This document shows, piece after piece, positions 27,876 through 39,800 of a stretch of 64,000 nt of DNA. The position numbers and the translations under genes were made by a program. The notes under the pieces are model-generated. The model made no database searches. It saw nothing but the letters and a program-made list of their open reading frames with translations, and was not told the DNA's origin. Within the stretch, counting starts at the first letter, position 1. Each line of letters begins with the position of its first letter. Source of the DNA: Haliotis rubra (lineage: Eukaryota); assembly GCF_003918875.1 (NCBI RefSeq), contig NW_025765246.1:1-64000 (forward strand). The letters run 5' to 3'.

Positions 27876-30800
27876 TTAAGATTTCAGAGAAAGATTGATG
27901 TCTGCCATGGCTGTTTCAGCAGCTGCATGGGACAGCGTCAGAGGCAGCAATGTCACCTTCCTCACTATGCTACACGTGTTGTCTGCTGCACACATGAACA
28001 GTTGGAAGGTGAAGGTCAAGTTACATTGGCTTTCTTCAGAGTTAGGAATTTGTAGCTGTATGAAGCGTTGCTTAGTTTCAGGTCGGAGCTTTCCTTTAGA
28101 TACACTGTTGTTATTAATGATGAGTGTACCAAGGTCATCTGTAAAGACAGACAAGCAATGTTTGAAATTAAGTCATTAAATGGGATTAGCGGACAAATAA
28201 ATATATCAGCGTCAGTCATATTGGACAACCTTAATATTTAGCAGATTTTTTGTCTATTTTAATAAAATATTCATAACAATTACTGAACATAAACAGCATG
28301 ATCATGAACAATACAACTTCCTTCTCCAGATTGTGATGAGGATTTTAGATGCTTAGTCACAATGAAGTGTACTGCGCAGCGCAATTTATTAGAAGATTTC
28401 ATTGTAGGCCAAAACAGCTTATATCAAGGTGATAGGGTGACTCACGATTGCTTTTTCCAATATTAATGTATGTGCATAAATGTGGGATCTGCAGCAGAAG
28501 TGAGTGTTTTTTATAACAGGGGTGGAATTAATTTTTCTAGCATACTCCGTACAGTGGCACATGTAAAATCACTTGCCCTGATAATTTTTCCACTATACCA
28601 GCTGATTTTCTTGTTGATTTTTTAAATAGGCAACATAATTTACATTGGAAAGTCAACTGGACACCGGTACAGCGTGATATACAAATTTGCTTGCCCAACA
28701 TAAAAAAACACTGGACTGGGATGTTGGGCAATGTAATTAATCGAGTCTGGACCAGACGATCCAGTGATCAACAACATGAGCATCAATCTGCTCAATTGGG
28801 AACCGATGACATGTGTCAGTCAAGTCAGCGAGCCTGACCACCCTATCCCGTTAGTCGCCTCTTACGATAGGAGTATGATGCTGACAACCAAAGAATCAAA
28901 ATACAGGATTCAAACCCACAACAAATGTTCCTGACACACGTTCCGGACAAATGTTCCTGACAAATGTTCCTGACACATGTTCAGGACAAATATTCAGGAC
29001 AAATGTTCCTGACACATGTTCCTGACAAATGTTCCTGACACATGTTCCTGAATGTTCAACTGGGGACTTCTGTCCAAAATTACTTGCCACATATACTTTC
29101 AACAGAAAGGGAGCTAAACCTTGTATATCCTACATTTTCAAAATCAACACGGAGTAATTGTCCCCCAAAAATAACTTTTCAACCCCTGAATGAAACAACA
29201 AATTGGTCTGTGTACCTTGACTTTGGAGTTTCCATGAGTTGGGTGCTTCCTCATTCAAGTGATTATCCACATCAAGGTCAACTGTCAAGGTCAGGTCAAG
29301 GTGACCTCCAGGTCTGACCTCTATGGATGCAAGCACACCGTCAACAGGAGCAGGATCTGCGTTGTCAATCTTCTCTGACTTCTCAGGGAAAGAGTCCAAT
29401 ATAATGGGGAGCTGAAACATTATATCATCACTTGCAAGGTCAAGCAGTTTACACACAATAAAGAAGAATTGCAGGCTGAATAATTTTGATCAATGCAAAC
29501 TTAAGTACCAGGCAGTTTAATTTGAGGTACCATGAGATTCAAAGCCGTAATTGTAAGGAGTCCAAGGTGAATGGCAGTCCAACTGAGGTCCTAAATCCTT
29601 CAAAACCTAGTATGAGCTTAAATTACTCAGCCTTAACCTGGTTCACACCTTCATCAACACATGTTCACGAGGATTGTTCAGATTCTATATTGCATGCATG
29701 TAGTGAATGAAACGTGTGAGCTACCTGGGTTAGGATTTTCTTCTCCAAGTTATACACTTTGATGGCATGATTGTTTGTGTCAGCAATATAGACCATGCCC
29801 TTTTTTGTGTTCACACAGAGTCCACCTGGTTCATTGAGTTGTCTCCCTTCCTCCGGCAGACCAATCACAGTGGTGCATTCCTTTGTCTTCAGATCAATAC
29901 TCTTCAGCTATGGAGGAAAGGATATGTTACATGTGGAACTGTGTGTGAGAAAGTGTGTGTGTTGTTCTATACCGCGACCTGTAAATAACCAAGTCTGGTC
30001 CAGACAATAGTGCTTATCATGAGTATGGATCGACACAATTTGGATACAGTGGCATGTGTCAAGTGAGTCAACTTGTGATCAGTGATAGTTGTAAAACGAT
30101 ATGCATGCAACTGTATCACCAAGCCTGACCACCCAATCAAAGTAGTCACGTCTTATCACCAACATAGGCTCATGTAGACCTAGTTCCATGTGGAACACAT
30201 GAGGCTGAAAGCAAAGTGTTTCAAATACAAATTACACAACCAAAAGTAAGGCATCACAAGCTACCAGTATTACAGTACTAGCACACCAAGGACACCAGCA
30301 ATGGCAGATTGGCAGTGTGTGAAGCCCTCTGTTGATGCCAATGTTACAGTACTAGCAAAGAGTGAGTGAGCAAGTTTAGATTTATAGTCACATCGGCAAT
30401 ATTTCAGCCATAACGTGACTCTTTTAAAAAATCACAAATTCATAATAAATGCAATTAAGTTATAAAAACCTGTCGATGAAAGACAGTAAAATAACTAGAT
30501 AATCACGGATAGATGATAGGGGGTGCACTAACCTACCCCGAGGGTGGCTGTGGAACACACACAGCAGCTGGGAAGCTCACCTTATGATTATAGGAGTCGA
30601 CTACTAGCAATGGTCCCTCATCTCCGGCCAGCGCCACCCCAAGGGGATGCTGCAACTTCGCAGCCACACCCACTCCATCAACGTCACCGAAGGCAAACAA
30701 ATTCTACAAGGAATCAGAAATCTGTACAATTTTTTCACAAATCAAATAATGAAAACTTAACTACTTTGGAAAAAATCAGAAATAGTAAGAACTTAAGAGG

Positions 30801-33800
30801 TAAAACAATCATATGTCTATGAAGAGTTATTACCAGGAATCTCATGAGCTTCATATGCTTGGGCACATAAAAGTTCCATGAATCAATGGTACTCTCTCAT
30901 CATTCGTAGAAGTGGTGCAAGAATCCATATACAAACACACAACACAATCAGTGCAGGAGTATTTACAGAGTTCACATACACTATAGTTCAAATGTGATGC
31001 AATAAACACAGTGAAATTAATTAATATTGTTCGTACTCTATCTTGTATGATGCCTACAGTTTACTGCTCATTGTTTGTTGTGTAATGCTCATATTAATTT
31101 TCAGCTATATAAGATCAAATATTAAATAGTCAAGTCTGGGCCAGACAATCCTGTGATCTATATAAGGAAGCTACAATGCACACAATCGAGATACAATGAC
31201 ATGCAATTAATCATGTAAATCAGCCTGACCACCTGATCTCTCCTTACGACTGGCATAGGTCGCTAGTGACCTGTTTGAACCTAAAATCCCAGGAGAGTTA
31301 CTTTTAGTTGAGCCCATCCCAAGAACACCACGATTTGTTTTCCAGCTGCAAGTTCATCGCACCTAGTGTAACGGCTAAACATAGTCTTACGACTCACCAT
31401 AGGATCTCTCTCCCCGCCCACCAGTGCTCGCACGGCACCATCCTTAAGCAGGACTGTTCGTACACTGGAGCTCTCAGCATCAGCAATGTAGAGGGCGTTC
31501 AGCTTGTCAGGTGGAGATGCTGCCAGGCCTGATGGCTGGGCAAAGGCAGCTTTAGCGGGGTAGCTGTTGTTCCGGTTCTCTTCATTACCGGAACCGGCAA
31601 ACCTGATACATGTGCCAGCCTTGTACTCACTGTCAAACAGCAAACATAATATATTATTTTATTAACTTCTCACTCTTTCTTAAAGCAGCAACATGGTGAA
31701 ATGTCAGCATTACTTTCTTTTATGTTTAATAGGTCACTCAGTAATATTACACTTTACAGCAATTAACAACTGCCAATAAATAATCTGGTCTGAACAAGTG
31801 ATTGAGGGATGGGGACTCATTCTAACCCAGAATCCCTGCAGATCAAATTCATCAGTTATTAAATATTCTGTTCAACATTTCCAAACATCAAGAAACAACT
31901 GTTGTCCAAGGTCACATGAGGAAACAATATGGACAACTCTCAAATTTGCCCCAGATTTATGTCTGTGAAACAGTTAATATGAACGAGTCACCAGCAACAC
32001 ACTCCAATCTATTCATAGCTCCATCATCACTGATTTCATTATTGTTACCGTACAAAAATTAAGTCCAAACAAGCATTGTCACTAAGGTGACATAATCCCC
32101 CGCCGCAAATTATCAAATCAAACTTATAAAGTAATGAAAGTTTAAGATGAAGTTAAATGTCAACAAAAACATGACCAGTCAACCTCTCTTGATATCTTGC
32201 TGTTTAGTTGTTCAAACACACACATATTTTCAACACTGACTTTGACCTTGACATGAATGTCAAAGTGTATGAAATATGCAAAACTAGTACTAAAGAAATT
32301 GCTTATTGAAAAACATTCAAGGGAGATCCAGTGAACCGTTCTTAAATTATCTTGCTGACAATTCATGTTAACATGCTGAAATCTTCAAAGTGTCGTCGTG
32401 ACTCTAAAAATTATGTGAAGGTCACCAAAATTGACTGACAGAATATTTTTTTGCGATATCTTGATGACTATCTTAACATGCGATTTAACATGCTGAAATC
32501 TTCAAAGTGTCTGTGACCTTGAAAATTAAGTGAAGGTCACCAAAATTGACCGGGCCCTGCGCCTTCCCTAGATAAAGCATGGTACTGAATATGAAGAAAA
32601 TCCAGTAAATGGTTCTTGAGATAGCTTAACGTGCAGGTAAAACGTTAAAGTACCCTTGTGACCTTGAAATGAAGGGCAAGGTCACCAAACCTGACTGGCA
32701 CCTTCCTTTTACTGTGATGAACCTAGGTACCAAATATGAAAACAATCCAGTCAACGGTTCTTACGGATGTACGGACACAGCTTTACTATATATATCTCGG
32801 CCCCGGCAGCTAAGCCGCAGGGGATAATAATGTAGTCTGAGGTGAGGTGAAATTGGGTTTAACGTCAGTACTGGAGAATATTTCGCTCATATGACGCATG
32901 CATGCGTGTGTGTGTATGCGGCTGCTTGTACTAGCCCAGACTGAAGCTGGTTTTGATAGTGCTAGCTCACTGAGATACCATGCCGCAGTGAAGCATGAAT
33001 ACCCCCACTCAGACACATTATACCGACTCAGAGCCGACCAGTCCTTGTTGTACCCAATAATGCCGAGAGCCAGGCAAGGACCAACAAGTACCATATTTTA
33101 ACGTCTTTTGGTATGACGCGGTCGGGGATGGAACCCGCGACCTTCCGCTCCCCGGGCGGACGCTCTAACCACTACACCACGGAGGCGGTAATGTAGTCTG
33201 AAAGCAATGAATTGTGTATTTGTTTATTTTAACTAATGCAGACTTGTTCACCACAAAACAAATGTATATCCATACAGGTAAAATTGCCGAACTGACAAGA
33301 CCAGATTAAGCAACACTGTTCCTCACTAAATAACATATTCAGACAATGTTGTAGAGAACCAAATGGCTTGAGATGTCCTTGGTACTGTTTTGTTTGTTGT
33401 CAAACATAACACTCAACAATATCCCTGCTATACGATGTAATGAACTCTAGACGGGACAACCCATTGAGTGACAACTTACAACAAGGGTACAATGACATGC
33501 AATCAGAGTTACCGATCCCGATGACCTGATTTTACCAGCATCTATAGCCAGCATAGTTTCCTAGGCATCAGTTTTTACCTGAATTCCTTTCATTATCTGT
33601 GTGTCAACACTTTCAGATAACTTTGTCAAGAACAAATTAAAACAACTAAAATTACTTTCATTATTTTCCCACCTACCAGACCTCCTGACAAGATCTGTCA
33701 CAACAAATACCCAGACGCCTGAGTTAATGTCCGACATATGGAGAAGGAAGTAACTCACCTGCTTTCTTGTACCACTTCCTGTCCTGCAGGAAGTACACCC

Positions 33801-36800
33801 AGATCTGATGAGTCCCAGCCATTGCGATGTATAGCACACTAGGGGAAATGTCACCTGTAAGGAGGTCATGGTCAGGGTCAAGGTGGCGAACACAACCTTA
33901 AACATGTTGACTACTTATCAACACTGATAACATGATGTCATAAGGCACACCTGTCTGATGACCTCTCAATCCAGAGACAAATATTTTATGGAACCATCTA
34001 CGATGTCAGGGTACGATGACGCTATCAACTCCGTCTTCATTCCTCAAAGCAATCAGAGTGCTACGACAGTCGTAAGTATATGTTCAAGTATGGGAGTTAC
34101 GACTGTCGTAGCGCTACGATTGCTTTGAGGAATGGGGCCCTGGTCTCCAAGACTGACCAGCCAAAACATGTGGTTGCTATTCACAACCAGCAGGAATTGT
34201 GGGTCAAATCTGTGAGGATCCAGGATAGAATTGGTCTTCAGCAACCCAAGCTTGTAACAAGAGGTGATTAACAGGATCGGGTGGTCAGGCCCGCTAACGA
34301 GGTTGATACATCACTGTAACCCAATTGCGTGGATCGATGTTCATGATGTTGATCACTGGATTGTGTGGTTCAGACTCTATAATTTACATACCGATGCCAT
34401 ATAGCTGGAATATTGCTGAGTGCTGCATTAACCAACAAACAATCAACAATGTTGTGCATCAAACCCAGCCTGAAAATGTCACAGGATGTGGATTTACTTC
34501 TGTAAATCTCAGTCAAGTGATATAGTGTTTAGAATGGAAGATAGCTGACCTTGACCCCATCCTAGAACCAGGTCCCATGGGGAGGACAATGGCTGCTGAG
34601 GACCAATGCTACCTCCTTCCATGTCTGTCCCCTGCTGGCCTGTCCCGGCTATCGTCCTTACAGTCTTAGTCTTCAGGTCGACCTGAAACAAATATGCTTT
34701 GTCAACAACTGCAGCACTGACAAACACTTGACATGATCTGGCATTAAACGTTAAAGGGATGACAGCAGAGACTTGCAAACATCACAAAGCAAACTTCACA
34801 ACTGAAAGACTTTGGCTTTGAAAATGGAGAGATTGTTCCAGTGTTACTTTAGGGTCCCAGGAATTGATCATATTTATCTGTAATTTTATAGAGGTTTTTA
34901 GGACTATTTGTTAGTCTAGGTACTTCATTGACACTAGAATAGCATACTGTCCTACCAGTCGTATTGAGTGATTGTCTGTATCTGCCACGTACACCGTCGT
35001 CCCCCATACTACCACCCCCTGGGGAGAGGAAAACTTTGCATTGGAGAAATTGCCATCTTTAAACCCTCGATCTGGTCCGCCGATGACACACTGCAAGATA
35101 ATAAAATATATCTGTCAAAATGATGAATGAACAAAGGATGGTACACACCTGTACCATACCACACTGTTTCCCCCCCACCAAACCCAACTAAAAAACGTGA
35201 AGGTCCGGGTTAGAATTGATCTTCAGTAACCCATGCTTGTTGTAAGTGGTGACAAACGGGATCGGCTGGTCAGGCTCGCTGACTGGGTTGACACATGTCA
35301 TCAGTTCCCATTTGCATAGATCGATGTTCATGCTGTTGATCCCTGGATTGTCTGGTCCAGACTCGATTAATTACAGATCGCTGCCATATAGCGGGAATGT
35401 TGCTGAGTGTAGCGTAAAACTAAAGTCAGTCACTCACACACACACACCTACACACACCTACACACACACCTGCACAACCCCACCGCCAACTCCCTACACA
35501 CACACCTGCACCACCGCACCGCCATCCCCCCTAAACACACAAACACATATCTGCACAACCCCACTGCCCCCCTACACACACACACCTGTACAATCTCACC
35601 ACCATCTCCCTACACACACACCTGCACAACCCCACCACCATCTCCCTACACACACACCTGTACAACCTCACCACCATCGCCCTACACACACCTGCACAAC
35701 CCCACCGCCCTACACACACAGACACACACACCTGCACATCCCCACTACCAACCCCCCCACACACAGACACGCACACCTGCCACTGCATACCCCCACTCCC
35801 ACAACCCCACTGCCAACCCTCTACACACACATGCCTGCACAACCCCACTGCCATCCCCCTACACACACACCTGCAAAACTTTACTATCGCCCCCCTGCAC
35901 ACACACCTGCATAACCCCACTGCCACCCCCTGCACACACACACACCTGCACAATGACATTATCCCCCATACACACATGCTCAACCCCGCCCTACCCCATA
36001 CACACCTGCACAACGCCAGTGTCCGCTTCCAGCACCAACACCCGGTTGTTCCCTGTGTCTGCCACCACCAGGTCCCCATCCTCCGTCAGACACAGCTTCC
36101 CCGGGAAACTAAGGGGCGATCCCAGCTGTTTGTGTTTCTCTAGACTCAGGGGAATATCTGCTTCCTTCACCTCATTTTTAGCCTTGTAATATTCCAGTGC
36201 TATGCCAACAAATTCCTCCAGTTTATCCCGATGACCTTCACCCACCATTGCATAGATATACCGACCTTTGGGACCAACCAATAGGAATGTAGGCCAACAG
36301 CTGATCTCCAGCTGTTGCCATAGCAACGATCAGAATCATTGACAACAGGATGTTCAATGTTATACCTAAGAACAGCACTGAGAATGTTTGCTGTAACTTT
36401 CTCATTCAGGAATTTGGCTGAATGAACACCAACAATTATGCGACTCCATCCTTGACCTTGAACTTTGACTCCAAGTGCTCCAAATCAGGCAGCACATGCA
36501 TACAGTTGATGCAGCAGTAAGTGAAGAAGTCCAGCACCAACACTTTTCCTGCAAGCTGATTGGTCAGTGACAATGGTTCCGGAACATTCAGCCAATCAAG
36601 ACCTGTAATTGAACGAAAGTTTGAAAACTTACTTTCTGGCTTTTTCACAGCTGAACTACGATTTTTAATCTTGAACATTTATTAAAGGTCCTGAAAATAT
36701 CGATGTCAGACTATACAATCAGAGCATCTGTCATCATAGCCACATACAGAATGCAGACCCCAAACCCTGGACATGGATCTAATTCAAATTTACATCCCAA

Positions 36801-39800
36801 GAACCTGACCCTGTAACCTGCGTTAGTAGCTGCCAAAATGTCTGATAAGGAAACTGATCTCACACGAGTCACAAAAGTATTTAGATACATGTACACGATG
36901 ATTCTGTCTTCATTACACTGACGTTGACCATGACTGTTCCTCAAATATATAAACGTAAGGAGGACTTTTTGGCAGTCAGAAAGAAATGTGAACATGGTCA
37001 CTGAGACACCCATGCAGATCTTGATTGTAGTAGCAAACATAGTAGCAAATATATTTGCTGTACTATTATCAACTCGCTGTGAAACCATCATCGGGGATCA
37101 TGGAAAGTATTTGTCATTAAGCCATATATCACATGACTAACCATAATTCAGGGTGTGCCTATCGGCACCTTTACATACCTAACTGGGGGTATACAGGGCC
37201 TCTATTTCTTATTAATATTAATTTTAAGCATCCTTGCAGGCAGTATTGGGGTCCTGTATGTTAGTGAAAAGAGTGTAGTGTACTGATCAAGTGGTCTTGA
37301 TTGAAGGTGAAATGAGATGCATTTCAGGTGCAGTTGATATCGATACTATTGTGCCTCCATCAGGACACTGTATTCTAGGGCTGGGACGGGTAGGAAAAAC
37401 TGGAATCGAGTACCCGGATGTACTTACCCGAATCGGAATCGAGTACCCGGAAGTGTCAGGAATATAACGCTTTCTGTCAACTTTCTGAATATCCAATCAC
37501 GATTTGACAGAGATTGTTTTGGAGGAATAGAAAGTATGGCAGTAAGTAACTGATCTTAGGCTATTTAATTTACGTCTGTTTAACTAAGATACAGAGTAAC
37601 ACCATTACGTACATTCCTTGTTAAAACAGAACTTTTCGTCACAGCTGTTACTGACAGTCTGTGACTTGACTACTCAGTGCTCATGCATATAAATTACAGT
37701 CGCTAATAATAGCCTCCATTAAAAGGACAATACCAATGATGTATATGTGTTACGTCAATAATGAAAGAGACAAGTTATTTATTCAACTAGCAGACAACTA
37801 CCTTCAGATGTGATATTCTAGTTGAACCTATAACGCTTTTTCATGTAGACTTTATGTAAACGTACATAGAATAAAATTTGATTGATGAATTTAGTACTAT
37901 TTACTGACTGGAGAATTCTATACTGAGATAGAGACAGGCAAACTGTACAGCAGTTGAGTTGAACTACATAGCAAAATGTTTCGCTCATTATCAGGAAGAC
38001 TGGTTATTTGCATTATAGTTTGCCTATTATACATTACAGAGTACAGACTGACACAGAGCCGTGAATAACTCATTAACCCTTTATGAAATATCTACAGTGA
38101 TTTAACTTTATATTTTTATCCTTCCACAAGATGTTGCATGGAAATGCGTTTTGTTTGAAAAAAGCTATTGCTATTTCAATATTCTAACTTTTATGTAAGT
38201 GAATATTGCGTATCTTCATTGGAATAACTGTTTGCTGATTATTATTTGTTAAACTATAATATGTATAGTAACTGAATGGTAGTATATGTGAGTTACGGAG
38301 TTGTGCTTCTATTTCTGATCATCGCTCTTCTTAATGTAATGATAACCAGTCGAACATTGTATTTACAACCCGGGTGTGCTCTTTCAATAGACGTTCGTTT
38401 TTAATATGCTAATTCAATGTTTTATTGATATTCCCATTCCCTACAATCTCTATAATAGTGAATGTATTTAGGTTTGACCAAAAGTAAAAGCTGTCTCATG
38501 AAATTGAAATAAAATAGTAACTAAAGACAAAATTCAACGTCATCTTAAGAGATTTTAATGAATTTTCTTAATAAACATAGTGAATGAACATAGTTAATGA
38601 ACATAGTAACTCAATTTAAGGGACGCGTTTATCTCACTAGTGATGATCGTATCTCACTGATTCAATCCGAATCTTCAGCAGACTGGAGGTTGGGGAGGGT
38701 GGGAGGTCATCTTTCGCCTCGGCTTTAACGCCAAGAGGCAGAGCAGAAGACGCCGACTGTGTCGTGGATGCTGCAGCAGCTGAGCCGGGACAGTGTCATA
38801 TGATTTAGACATATTCTTATTCAGAAATATTATTGCATCGGCTGTCTTCGGATCAAGTGCTGCCCTCTGGTGTGTAATGGTCATGCCGGCAGTAGAGAAA
38901 GCCCGTTCTGAGGGAACGCTGGTCCCAGGAATACTCAAATATTGTTGTGCAAGAACAGCTAGCTTCGGAAGGCGACTTTATTTTCCCGCCACCAGTTCAA
39001 GGAGAATGAACGCCTCTGATAAGAGAGGCTGTCAACTTGTTGGAGGCTGCTTGAAAGTCGCTATATTCCTGCTTGGCGGTCCTGTCTGAGACATCATCCG
39101 AGATTTCAATTATGTCCCCAGTAGGAAGGACATTGCCTTCTGACTTTCAGAGAACTTCACCTTTTCTTAGGTGACGGCAATATCTCCTCCTGTTTGACCT
39201 GAACTTCGCTGACTCGGGAACACTGTTATCATCCTCGGGATCTCCACCTTCAGCTGGGCATTACCATTGATGAGGGATACAATGTGATCCTGCAGTTGTT
39301 CCCGCTGGTTGTCCTCCAAGCCGAAGGTTCTTAAAGCATGGGTCGAGGGCTGTAGCAATCATTGGTGGGGACAGAAAGAAGTTGTCTTTGAGCAATCTTG
39401 ACTGAAGACCATCTGATATTTTCTTTTTGACCTGTGTGATGACAGCCACATCGAGATCAGACGGCAGCAGGTGTTTCTTCATCAGAGCGAAGACAAGAGG
39501 ATACACGCCTGCAGCTGTAGGAAACTGCTTTCGCTGCAGAGAACTTCAGTTGCTGATACCAAGGGTTTCAGACAATGAACTAGGTGCTCCATCAGGCCCA
39601 GTGAGCATCTTTTAGTATCAGGGACTTATGTTTCTTGTCATCATGAAGAACTGTAGCGACATCAGCGCGTGTACCTCAACCAACCGCCAAACATGAAATA
39701 GATGGAGTTCCATCTGGTGCAGACGCCACTAATGACGTGTTTGATGGGTTTCCCCAGTTTTTCTGCACCTCCTCCAGGTGCTGTGTGGCCACATGTGATT

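Noticed and set aside
30544-30822. Plus-strand ORFs overlapping NHLRC2 exons (also 27895, 29042, 31308, 35953)
   Set aside because: Antisense shadows of real minus-strand exons.
35246-36079. 222-aa His/Pro/Thr-rich and 182-aa Cys/Val-rich ORFs
   Set aside because: Translations of a SINE plus an intronic minisatellite.
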